IMG/VR virus record: IMGVR_UViG_3300021139_001840
Coordinates: 32,792-96,791 of that record
DNA: 64,000 bases
DNA from: a virus
Reading direction: 5' to 3' (one strand)
The notes below the pieces were generated by a model that was not told where the DNA came from, searched no databases, and saw only the letters and a program-made list of their open reading frames with translations. A program made the position numbers and the translations under genes. Position 1 is the stretch's first letter. Every line of letters starts with the position of its first letter. Of this stretch, positions 19,369 through 27,973 are shown in pieces.

Positions 19369-20244
19369 ATGATTTTAAACGATTTTATCCAACCTAAACT
19401 AAAGTTTAGTCGTGAAAAACTAGACGCAGTTCTTGTTGAGCTTTGCGATATGGTTATCGAAGGTCAACAAGATAATCCAGACTTTTATGGTATGGTAGCT
19501 GCCGCGGTATTAGATCCTCGAGGTAGATTAGTCACTGGTGTAAATTATCTATATGGAAATTCAAGAATCCATGCTGAACGAGCAGCCATAGACAAGTATG
19601 AAGAAGAGTATGGAGAATTGCCAAAAGGCAGTATTGTAATTACTACACTGAGCCCATGCTGTGAAGATACTGGCGATAATCGCTATGGTGTTAGCTGTAC
19701 AGATTTATTAAATGAAAAACATGTCAAATTAGCCTATTGTGGGTATCAAGATCCCACACAGGACAGTAAAAATAGTTTTATAGTTATTGTCACTGAAAAT
19801 GAAAAATTAAAATCACTCTGTAAAAAATTTGCTGATACATTTTTGGACAAAGGCATTACTGAAAGTGCTGAATCAAGTCGTGCCCAACAGTTTATTGACA
19901 GCGTATATAGTCAGTATCCAGATTGGCCTTATGGCCAAGCAGATAAAGTTATGGTATGGGGTGAGGGCGAAGATCAACAATTTGCCGCGTTCAAACTTAA
20001 ACCTGGAACGGCACCTGACACAGTAGAAATAGATTGGATTATGGCTGGCCCCGAACAGCGCAAAGGCGTTGGTAGTCGCGCTATTAAAGAATTACAGCGA
20101 CAAGCAAAAGAGGCCGGTATCAAATTAACATTATACCCTTGGGCTAAAGGCAATGTAAGTCAAGCATCACTGACTAGGTTATACAAACGTCATGGATTTA
20201 AACCTGTCGCAAAAGGTGCTAAGCCAATGCGCTGGAACTGCTAA
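19369..20244 (+). CDS. zinc-dependent deaminase (CDA/RibD-like) fused to GNAT-like domain
   Basis: HAE...TLSPC...C deaminase motif; QRKGVGS acetyl-CoA motif and LYKRHGF. Confidence 0.75.
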   Translation: MILNDFIQPKLKFSREKLDAVLVELCDMVIEGQQDNPDFYGMVAAAVLDPRGRLVTGVNYLYGNSRIHAERAAIDKYEEEYGELPKGSIVITTLSPCCEDTGDNRYGVSCTDLLNEKHVKLAYCGYQDPTQDSKNSFIVIVTENEKLKSLCKKFADTFLDKGITESAESSRAQQFIDSVYSQYPDWPYGQADKVMVWGEGEDQQFAAFKLKPGTAPDTVEIDWIMAGPEQRKGVGSRAIKELQRQAKEAGIKLTLYPWAKGNVSQASLTRLYKRHGFKPVAKGAKPMRWNC

Positions 20245-20847
20245 ATGAGATTTTTTGAAATAGCCCGCATACCAAAAAGCCAATTAGATGGGTGGGGCGA
20301 TGCAGATACCATAACCCCACAGCAAGAACCTGTAGGTTCAAAACCCTTGCCAGGTGGTAGTGGATACAAATATCACGTAAATCGCAAAGGCAACGATAAT
20401 ATAGAAATTACTTTGTATGACAAAGGAGAAATTATTGCCGAATTAGATTTAGAAGAATTAGGAGCTCCCATTCCACTTTGGCGAGTTGAAACTGTTGTTG
20501 CTACTCCCGAATATCAAGGTCGAGGCTTAGGTATGGCATTATATGGTATAGCATTAAGTATATTAAAATTAACTCTAGTAGCAGGCGAAACACAAACTCA
20601 ACACGGTGCTCGCCAATGGCTTAAACTAAGTCAGATACCCGGTGTAGAAGTTATGGGTATGAAAACTGCTCCTAAAAAAGATTATAACCCTGGACCAGAT
20701 AATCAAGTATTATGGTCGGGACCTGAATACCATACATATACTTTCCCTGTAGCACAAGGATCTAAATCAATGAAAAGTGCCCAGCGCGGTAATGGAATAT
20801 ATAATTCAGCTGGCGCATCTATGATTGCCAAATGGACTGGCAAATAA
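20245..20847 (+). CDS. GNAT-fold acetyltransferase-like protein
   Basis: PEYQGRGLGMALY motif A; QTQHGARQW. Confidence 0.7.
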   Translation: MRFFEIARIPKSQLDGWGDADTITPQQEPVGSKPLPGGSGYKYHVNRKGNDNIEITLYDKGEIIAELDLEELGAPIPLWRVETVVATPEYQGRGLGMALYGIALSILKLTLVAGETQTQHGARQWLKLSQIPGVEVMGMKTAPKKDYNPGPDNQVLWSGPEYHTYTFPVAQGSKSMKSAQRGNGIYNSAGASMIAKWTGK

Positions 20848-20876
20848 TACTAAAAATATAATACGCTAAATACAGT

Positions 20877-21164
20877 ATGACAAAACAATTTGTTCGCATA
20901 CTGAGTAATATTGACTGTGATTGGGAAGGTTTATCTCCCACATACAGACTATATGTTAACGATGAGTTATTTTCTGAACGTACTTGGCGCTGGACCGATA
21001 AAGTTTTACAGGAAAATTTACAAGTTGAGGCAGAACCTGGAATTTATGAATTAAAATATGAGCTGGTACCTCCTCATTTAGCCACTTTTAAAGTGGGCAG
21101 TTTATCTGTAGCTTATGGGCCAGCTGAGATCGTCGACAACACACATTTTAGGATTACAGCATGA
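20877..21164 (+). CDS. hypothetical protein
   Basis: 95 aa, TAAATA 4 nt upstream of ATG. Confidence 0.7.
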   Translation: MTKQFVRILSNIDCDWEGLSPTYRLYVNDELFSERTWRWTDKVLQENLQVEAEPGIYELKYELVPPHLATFKVGSLSVAYGPAEIVDNTHFRITA

Positions 21165-21367
21165 GATTACATGAATTTGTTAATTTGCAAGAAGAGGCAT
21201 CAGTTGGGGCAACTGCTAGCGGCAGTGTTGCCACTGTAGCAATGCCGCTAGGCGCTGTACAAAGAAGAATACCAGCAGATTCATTTTTTATCGGAGTTGA
21301 AACTATAGATTCTACTCCTAATACTCCTAAAGAGTATAAAACATATAAGGAAAAATCTAAAGTTTAA
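21161..21367 (+). CDS. small hypothetical protein, probably virion-internal
   Basis: MRLHEF..LQEEASVGATASGSVA. Confidence 0.65.
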   Translation: MRLHEFVNLQEEASVGATASGSVATVAMPLGAVQRRIPADSFFIGVETIDSTPNTPKEYKTYKEKSKV

Positions 21368-21743
21368 CCAATTTATTTCTTGATTTATTTCTTTGTATTG
21401 AACCAACACCACGATAATACCCCTCAGGGCATCTATCTGATTTAACACTATCTCTTCCTTTAACGCCGCCCGGCCCTCCCCCTGTTTCAGGTATACGATT
21501 TGCCCAATTATTGCTTTCGGCAACATTCCATAATTTGCTGTAGTATCTTCCAGCAGATTTCATTTCTTCTTTATTATCAGTTTCTAATAAAATTTCGGTA
21601 TCGACGTCATAACCATAATCTTGTATATGCAAAGTCCAATCAACACCCGAACCTTCATATTTAAATGGATTTTTAGATGGTTGACCTAAATATTGTAACC
21701 CTGTTATTCTGCGAGTCTTTTTGTAGAGATAGTAAATACTCAT
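21357..21743 (-). CDS. short, possibly degenerate GIY-YIG homing endonuclease
   Basis: YYLYKKT..TGLQYLGQ..NPFKYEGSG..WANRIPE; only 128 aa. Confidence 0.7.
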   Translation of the reverse strand: MSIYYLYKKTRRITGLQYLGQPSKNPFKYEGSGVDWTLHIQDYGYDVDTEILLETDNKEEMKSAGRYYSKLWNVAESNNWANRIPETGGGPGGVKGRDSVKSDRCPEGYYRGVGSIQRNKSRNKLVKL

Positions 21744-21812
21744 GCTGATTGCTCCTTTAAAGCATTAGGGTAGTTGGGGATTACAGTCCCGCGAACTACA
21801 CTTCTATTTAGT
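21744..21812 (-). ncRNA. conserved structured 5' leader of GIY-YIG gene (copy 2)
   Basis: TAAATA, stem GTAGTT/AACTAC with inner GGGA/TCCC, then CTAATGCTTTAAAGGAGCAATCAGCATG. Confidence 0.7.
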
Positions 21813-21852
21813 TAATTTAACTAAATAATAGATAATATATAAAGGATTTATA

Positions 21853-22293
21853 ATGCTTGCTGAATTATTAAAAGTGCTACTTGCTTCTACATTTACTTAT
21901 TACCTTAAAGCACACTTTTTTCATTGGTCAGTAGAAGGCAAAGACTTCTATCAATATCACAAATTCCTACAAAAAATCTACGAAGATGCTTACGGGGCTG
22001 TAGATACTATTGCGGAATTTATTCGCACACTAGACGAATATGCCCCGGGAAGCCTAACTCGTTATCAAGAACTATCACGTATTCAAGATCAAACTAAAGT
22101 GCCAAGAGCACAACTAATGATAGAAGAGTTATTGCATGACTCACATATTATGATTGAACTTCTCAATGAATGTTTTGCTGCTGCCACAGCAGAAAATAAA
22201 CAAGACATCGCAAATTTTATTGCTGAAAGATTAACTGCTACTAATAAGTATATCTGGATGCTATCAAGTTTTTTAAAAGAATCTAGAGAGTGA
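21853..22293 (+). CDS. dps: Dps/ferritin-like protein
   Basis: KAHFFHWSVEG..FYQYH..YE...D.IAE..R..W.L ferroxidase pattern. Confidence 0.9.
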   Translation: MLAELLKVLLASTFTYYLKAHFFHWSVEGKDFYQYHKFLQKIYEDAYGAVDTIAEFIRTLDEYAPGSLTRYQELSRIQDQTKVPRAQLMIEELLHDSHIMIELLNECFAAATAENKQDIANFIAERLTATNKYIWMLSSFLKESRE

Positions 22294-22294
22294 T

Positions 22295-23524
22295 ATGGAT
22301 AATGAATTTTACAGCATAGTAGAAAAATTAGCTATTCTTGAAGGACGTATTGCTCCCAAGGATAAAGAAACATTGTCTGCGGCAAAACAAAAGAAGCCAG
22401 CACTTTTTAATAATTTAAAAAAAGCTGATGAAAATGTTATACCTGATGTTGGCGGCGTTCCTGTTGCTGAAGCTAATATGGAAGAAGATGTAGTATCCAA
22501 AGTAAAAGCATCACTAGCTGATTATTTAAAATCTGCCGAAGAAGAATTAAAACAAGATTCAGATTTAATCAAAAAGAAAAAACAAGATTTAGATCTAAAG
22601 AAAAAAGAATTAAAGGATTTAGACTTACAACAAAAAGCTCATCAAGAAGTTGACGAAGCTGATGAAGACGATGAAGACGATGAAGAAGGTGATGACGATT
22701 TATTCTATGTTGTTTTACATGACCGCGATGATGACTCAACATTTGTTGGCGAAATTTATAAGCAAGATGGCCGTTGGCGCGAAGGCAATGTCAGTGGAAA
22801 TCCTCCATATAATTGGGGTGGATCACACACTTATATGAGTTATTTGACACCTCAAGATATCTGGCAACATATTCAAAATGATTTCCGTCGCGGGTTTGAT
22901 ATTGCTGGCCCATTTAGCGACCAGCAAAAAGCATTAGACTACGCAGAATATGAATTTGGAACTGAAGAATTAGACGAAGACCACAGAAAACTTGAAGTAG
23001 GCGACCGCGTTATGGTTATGGGACCAAATCATTATCAAGGTGAATTTGCTAAGGTTGAAGAATTTAGTCCGTCAGGTAAATTTGTTGTAGTAAAATTTGA
23101 CAATGGCGATGAAGCAAGTATGCATTTATCAGATGTTGAATTTCACAATGATCAAGAAGATGTCGAAGATTGGGAAGAAGAATTGGATGAAAACCCAACA
23201 GAAGCTCCTCCGCAATCAGCTTCAGGTGGTGGAGGGAATCCCACATACGCAGAAAGTACTACAGCGCCAGTAAAAACAGTTCATGTACCAGTGGAATGTG
23301 GCGATACTGCTATTGGCGGAGCAGGTGGAGCAGGCGGTGGCACACTATTAGTTGAACTACATGGTGATGAACGTGATGGATTTTGTATTAAACGTGCTGG
23401 ACGAGAATTACCAACAAGATTTAAAACATTAGCAGAAGCTGAATTAGCATTAGAAATGTATGTAGCGCATCGTAAGACCAAACACGATGCTGAACAATCT
23501 ACTGATTATCTTGAAGAAAAATAA
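22295..23524 (+). CDS. acidic multi-module hypothetical protein (KOW/SH3-like segment)
   Basis: LEVGDRVMVMGP..GEFAKV; acidic linkers. Confidence 0.7.
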   Translation: MDNEFYSIVEKLAILEGRIAPKDKETLSAAKQKKPALFNNLKKADENVIPDVGGVPVAEANMEEDVVSKVKASLADYLKSAEEELKQDSDLIKKKKQDLDLKKKELKDLDLQQKAHQEVDEADEDDEDDEEGDDDLFYVVLHDRDDDSTFVGEIYKQDGRWREGNVSGNPPYNWGGSHTYMSYLTPQDIWQHIQNDFRRGFDIAGPFSDQQKALDYAEYEFGTEELDEDHRKLEVGDRVMVMGPNHYQGEFAKVEEFSPSGKFVVVKFDNGDEASMHLSDVEFHNDQEDVEDWEEELDENPTEAPPQSASGGGGNPTYAESTTAPVKTVHVPVECGDTAIGGAGGAGGGTLLVELHGDERDGFCIKRAGRELPTRFKTLAEAELALEMYVAHRKTKHDAEQSTDYLEEK

Positions 23525-23526
23525 AC

Positions 23527-25440
23527 ATGAATATATTTGATTTGTTCGAAGGCGACTCTGCTCGCGATAAATGGAATAAAGAATCCGCCAAACGTGATGC
23601 GGCCGCTAAAAAGCGTGAAGAAGAAATGACAGCACGACATAATCGAGGCAAAGAAGATATGTCAGGCGCAATTGATCGTTTAGAAAAACATTTAAATACT
23701 CCTGTTAAAGAACATGATATGTCGGAAGGCTGGAGTGACGCGATTGTTAGTCAAAGAACCGGCCGACCACGCACACCCTACTCAGTGTATATCAAAGGTA
23801 AGAAGTGGCGAGATTTTGAAAACGAAGATCATGCAGAAGCTGTAGCAAATAAATTACGAGCCAAATTCAAAGCTGACGGTCGTGACGCCAGTGTTATTAC
23901 TATTGCCCCTACTGACTATGATAAAGATATAGTAAAAAAAGAAGCAGCAGTAAACGACGTAAACTTTGGTCATACAGTAACTAAAGGTGCTTGGATTGTA
24001 CACCAGGATGGCAAGAAACCAATTAGATTTAAGACACACATCGGCGCTAAAAAATATGCTGAAAAAAACGGCGGCAAAGTTTACTCAAGTGAGTTCTACG
24101 CAGACAAGATTCAATCACAGGTTGATGAGCATGGTGGTGGTGTAAACGCTATGAATAAATATATTTCATGGCGCAATAGTGCTAACAAAGAACGTGGAAT
24201 CACAAAATACCAACCTGTAGGCAAACCTGCCGAAAGTTTACGAGAGTTTGCCCTAGGTGATGAAGGTGAGGAAGATACTTTACTCAAGTTTGCTCGCTTA
24301 TGGTGGAATGGTGACGAAGCTACACAAAATAAAGTTGAAGAAGTATTAGCCAAGATGGGTTGGACTATTGGTGAAAATGAATCTGGCGATGAAAACGATG
24401 CTTGTTTTGTTGTTCGCAATGGTGACATGAACGGCGATAGTTATATTGCGTTTGGCAAAGAAGATTTAAATGAAGGTTCAATGTCCACTGCCGCACATCA
24501 TCATGCTGGTCCAGAATTTCCAGGATATTGGAAAGGAACTGACTCTGCTAGTTTATCACGTAGACGTATGGTGGGTGATGATATAGAAGAAGGTATTGAA
24601 GGTAACATGACCGTTAAGTCCTCACCACTATCAGAGCCATTACGTAAACGTAATTTTGTTGCTAAAAATTCTCCCATTACCGGTGCTGGAAAACACACCA
24701 ATCAGTTAAAAAAAGCCATGGCAGCAGGCCGCAATGCCAAGCATAAAGCACAAACTATTCCATTCGATGAAAGTATGAATTTTATGGAGTGGGCAGTAAA
24801 CAATGACTATAATTTTGCAAAAAATCCCGCTGTTTACAAAGAAGCCAAAGAAGCATTTAAAAAAAAAATAAACGAAATATCTAAAGATAAAATTGAAAAG
24901 TACTACACTGATGTTATTAAAAAACAAGCTGACAACATTGGTATCCAGCCTAATATGTATAGCAAGCTAGAACCAAAACATCAACGTGGTATTGATAGAG
25001 CAAATAATCGTTTATACAAAAATAATGAAGAGCGCGGACCAATAGCGCCGCACGAAACATATTATGGCGCAATGGATGAAGCCAAAGGTTTAGGTACACA
25101 AGTTAAAATCATCAAAGGCAGTGATGCGGGCAAAATTGGATGGATTAGAGAAATTAAACTTGGTTCTTTTAAAGGAGCTCCAAAAACTTATTATATTGAT
25201 CTCGAAGATGGTGGGCAAGCAAATAATTTACCTGGCACTGCATTACGCATAATTAAAAACAAAGTAGATGAAAGTTTACAGCCAGGCGAATACTATGTTT
25301 GGACCGTATACTTTGATAATGGCGGTAAACAAAATATTAAAGTAACCTCAGATAATTTTGATCCAACAGCATATTATGCCAATCAAAACAAAGCGGTAGT
25401 AAATGTAGATTATAATTGGGAGAAACATAATGAAATTTAA
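23527..25440 (+). CDS. multi-module hypothetical protein punctuated by hydrophobic-x-Glu linkers
   Basis: 637 aa; repeated LFE/VKE/MSE/VDE/LRE/LNE/IEE/INE/MDE junctions. Confidence 0.75.
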   Translation: MNIFDLFEGDSARDKWNKESAKRDAAAKKREEEMTARHNRGKEDMSGAIDRLEKHLNTPVKEHDMSEGWSDAIVSQRTGRPRTPYSVYIKGKKWRDFENEDHAEAVANKLRAKFKADGRDASVITIAPTDYDKDIVKKEAAVNDVNFGHTVTKGAWIVHQDGKKPIRFKTHIGAKKYAEKNGGKVYSSEFYADKIQSQVDEHGGGVNAMNKYISWRNSANKERGITKYQPVGKPAESLREFALGDEGEEDTLLKFARLWWNGDEATQNKVEEVLAKMGWTIGENESGDENDACFVVRNGDMNGDSYIAFGKEDLNEGSMSTAAHHHAGPEFPGYWKGTDSASLSRRRMVGDDIEEGIEGNMTVKSSPLSEPLRKRNFVAKNSPITGAGKHTNQLKKAMAAGRNAKHKAQTIPFDESMNFMEWAVNNDYNFAKNPAVYKEAKEAFKKKINEISKDKIEKYYTDVIKKQADNIGIQPNMYSKLEPKHQRGIDRANNRLYKNNEERGPIAPHETYYGAMDEAKGLGTQVKIIKGSDAGKIGWIREIKLGSFKGAPKTYYIDLEDGGQANNLPGTALRIIKNKVDESLQPGEYYVWTVYFDNGGKQNIKVTSDNFDPTAYYANQNKAVVNVDYNWEKHNEI

Positions 25441-26005
25441 AAATATTGTAGCAATGACGCTAGTAGTATTTGCAGGCGCAGTTTCAGCCGAGCCATTACA
25501 CATTTGCAAAAACATTGACTATGCACTTTGTGCTGCTAGTCCAACAACACCAACAGGTAAAACTATGAAGGTTGATGGCAAAACATTCAAAGAAGGTATG
25601 GCAGTTTGTCCCATACTTCACGGCGATGCTGTAGCCAATTTGAGTTTAATGAATGGATCGTGTGATGTTCCTGGACCAGGTAAAATTTGGAGTTTGTTTG
25701 GAGTTCCGGCTCAAACAAACTATCCGCAACAACCAACATGGGCAGTAGCCCCAGCCGCATTTAGAAGTTTTACAATTGGCACAACATCAACAACCGGTAT
25801 GAGCAATATGTGGAGTTTTCCATGCGATATACAAGCACAAAAAGTCAATGGCGTAAAATTGGCATCTTGCTACGGTCCTATCATGGAAAGTCCTTGGACA
25901 AATGACCATGTCAAACCAGGCCAAATTGGATTTACGCAAGCCGCCGAAGGTGTAACATATCCTGTTGGTGGTAATGCTCCTGCTAATATCGTAATTAAAA
26001 AGTAA
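25430..26005 (+). CDS. secreted Cys-rich protein
   Basis: Sec signal peptide (AVSA), six Cys. Confidence 0.7.
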   Translation: MKFKNIVAMTLVVFAGAVSAEPLHICKNIDYALCAASPTTPTGKTMKVDGKTFKEGMAVCPILHGDAVANLSLMNGSCDVPGPGKIWSLFGVPAQTNYPQQPTWAVAPAAFRSFTIGTTSTTGMSNMWSFPCDIQAQKVNGVKLASCYGPIMESPWTNDHVKPGQIGFTQAAEGVTYPVGGNAPANIVIKK

Positions 26006-26006
26006 T

Positions 26007-26084
26007 ATGAATCCAAACGAGTATCCGGTATACCCAGAAGATGATGGGTATGACACTCCAAAAAATCCATTTTCTCCAGTTTAG
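26007..26084 (+). CDS. tiny acidic Pro-rich peptide
   Basis: MNPNEYPVYPEDDGYDTPKNPFSPV* fills the gap exactly. Confidence 0.4.
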   Translation: MNPNEYPVYPEDDGYDTPKNPFSPV

Positions 26085-26118
26085 TTGACTAGTCAAGATA
26101 AATATGCTATCATAGCAT

Positions 26119-27483
26119 ATGACACTTAAATCTACTAAACGAATTGGTATACTGGTTGCCCGCACTAACTTTGTTTATCGCGGGGTAGGTGCTTATGCTA
26201 AAAGTATTATTGATTGGGCATTAAGTTTAGGATACCACGTTGATGTCATTTCTGATGCTCCTGTAAGACGTGATGGTTTATTTGATCAATATGAATTACG
26301 GGTTCAGTGGATTAGTCCTCCTACTACCATAGATGATAATGTTTACAAAGAACTGGCTTCTTTTTCAAAACCATTTGATACCACACTGAGCATTAATTTT
26401 CGTAACGCATTAGTTTACGCATTGCGTCATCATACTTACGATATGATAATTACAAATACTGGCGAAGCATTGGATGCTGTAACTGGTATTGGTGTACACA
26501 AATATTGCACAGTACTACATCCTACGCATCATGAATCCGAAGCTGGAGTTAAAGTTAAACATGACATTTTTGCTCCTGGTGTAACCGATCGTTATCGCGC
26601 TTTATGTAACTTACCCGATGTACTACTGGCTTGCCAAAGTGATTGGATACAAGAAAATGCTCAAACACAATATCCTGACAAAGTGACTGAATGTTTAGTT
26701 GTGCCTCCATTAGTTCCAGAAAAAGAATTACTTGATTTTAGCACATTGCCAACAGAACGTTGGGGAGTAGGATTTGTTGGCCCTTGGGAACCACGTAAAA
26801 ATCCCGAAGCATATATTGCCGCACTTAAAGCCTCGGGATTACCTGGCGTAGTACTGGTGCCATCAGAAACATCTGCTAAGAAATTTAAGGAACGTTTTAA
26901 ACAAGAAGGTATTGAGTATAAAATTCACGTGGGTGTCACTGGCGCGGAAAAAACAAGAATTATACAAAGTTTGGCGGCTGCATATCATCCAGCAGTTAGT
27001 GAAACTTTTGGATTAGGAGCATTAGAAACTGCTCACAGTTGCCCTACTGTATTACTATCTAAACATGATTGGAGCTACGCACATAAAGACTATGCTGTTA
27101 TAGTGGAAGAAAGTGAAGCCGCTGATGTACTTAAATCAGTATATGGAGCAGGAGTTATCAAAGAAGTACAAGACATATTAACAGCACGTCATAAAACTAT
27201 TAGTGAGCAATTAGTCAAATTGGCTACCCGAAAAAAAATCACAACCGTTCACAAAAATAACTTTCACACAGAATTGGGAACCGTGGGTTTAATAAATCAT
27301 AAAGAATTTACTGATACTCATAATTCTTTTTGTACAGATGAAATATATAAAATGTTACGACTACCGGCGGTAGAAGCTGTAGAAGTGTTACATAGTTATA
27401 ACGAAACATATTATAGAAATCGAGGAAGTAACTTGTTGCCGGAGGAAAAATCAGATCCTAGCAGTTTGTTTACTTTCGAATAG
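26119..27483 (+). CDS. GT-B (family 4-like) glycosyltransferase
   Basis: GVGAY, FVGPWEPRKN, SETFGLGALE motif. Confidence 0.8.
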   Translation: MTLKSTKRIGILVARTNFVYRGVGAYAKSIIDWALSLGYHVDVISDAPVRRDGLFDQYELRVQWISPPTTIDDNVYKELASFSKPFDTTLSINFRNALVYALRHHTYDMIITNTGEALDAVTGIGVHKYCTVLHPTHHESEAGVKVKHDIFAPGVTDRYRALCNLPDVLLACQSDWIQENAQTQYPDKVTECLVVPPLVPEKELLDFSTLPTERWGVGFVGPWEPRKNPEAYIAALKASGLPGVVLVPSETSAKKFKERFKQEGIEYKIHVGVTGAEKTRIIQSLAAAYHPAVSETFGLGALETAHSCPTVLLSKHDWSYAHKDYAVIVEESEAADVLKSVYGAGVIKEVQDILTARHKTISEQLVKLATRKKITTVHKNNFHTELGTVGLINHKEFTDTHNSFCTDEIYKMLRLPAVEAVEVLHSYNETYYRNRGSNLLPEEKSDPSSLFTFE

Positions 27484-27486
27484 AAT

Positions 27487-27573
27487 GGCCTTAGGACCGG
27501 TAATTCGTTACCGTAGGCTGGGCGGCTACTGCCTTGAGTAATCCGATTCGCTACCGGAACCTCTAAAAGTAGC
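27487..27573 (+). ncRNA. candidate structured non-coding RNA
   Basis: GC-rich intergenic region, UUCG hairpin CGGTAA/TTACCG, further stems and a possible GCTAC/GTAGC pseudoknot. Confidence 0.5.
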
Positions 27574-27636
27574 ATTACCAATTTACTACAATTTAATTAA
27601 TTAATCGTGTATAATACTACATCAAAGGAGATTTAA

Positions 27637-27897
27637 ATGTCAGACAGAATTTTTACCGCAGAACAAACTAATAAACTTACTCAAGTCATTAATGAAGGCA
27701 TGCAGGTTATGCAAGAAATTGAAACACTGACTGGCGGATTAAGTGACACTGTCAAAGCAGTTGCTGAAGAATTGGAAATCAAACCCAACATTCTCAAAAA
27801 AGCCATTCGCTTGGCACATAAATCTGAATTTGGTCGTGAACAAGATGACCATGCTTTACTTGAACAAATTCTCACACAAGTTGGTAAGACACTATAA
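27637..27897 (+). CDS. small DNA-binding protein (T4 DsbA-like)
   Basis: 86 aa helical; IETL..LSDTVKAVAEELEIKP..LKKAIRLAHK. Confidence 0.55.
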   Translation: MSDRIFTAEQTNKLTQVINEGMQVMQEIETLTGGLSDTVKAVAEELEIKPNILKKAIRLAHKSEFGREQDDHALLEQILTQVGKTL

Positions 27898-27973
27898 ATA
27901 TTATAGTTAGAAGTAAGAGTCGTTCACTTAAAGAACATGAGACACGGCTTACCGGCCATAAACGGAGAATAAT

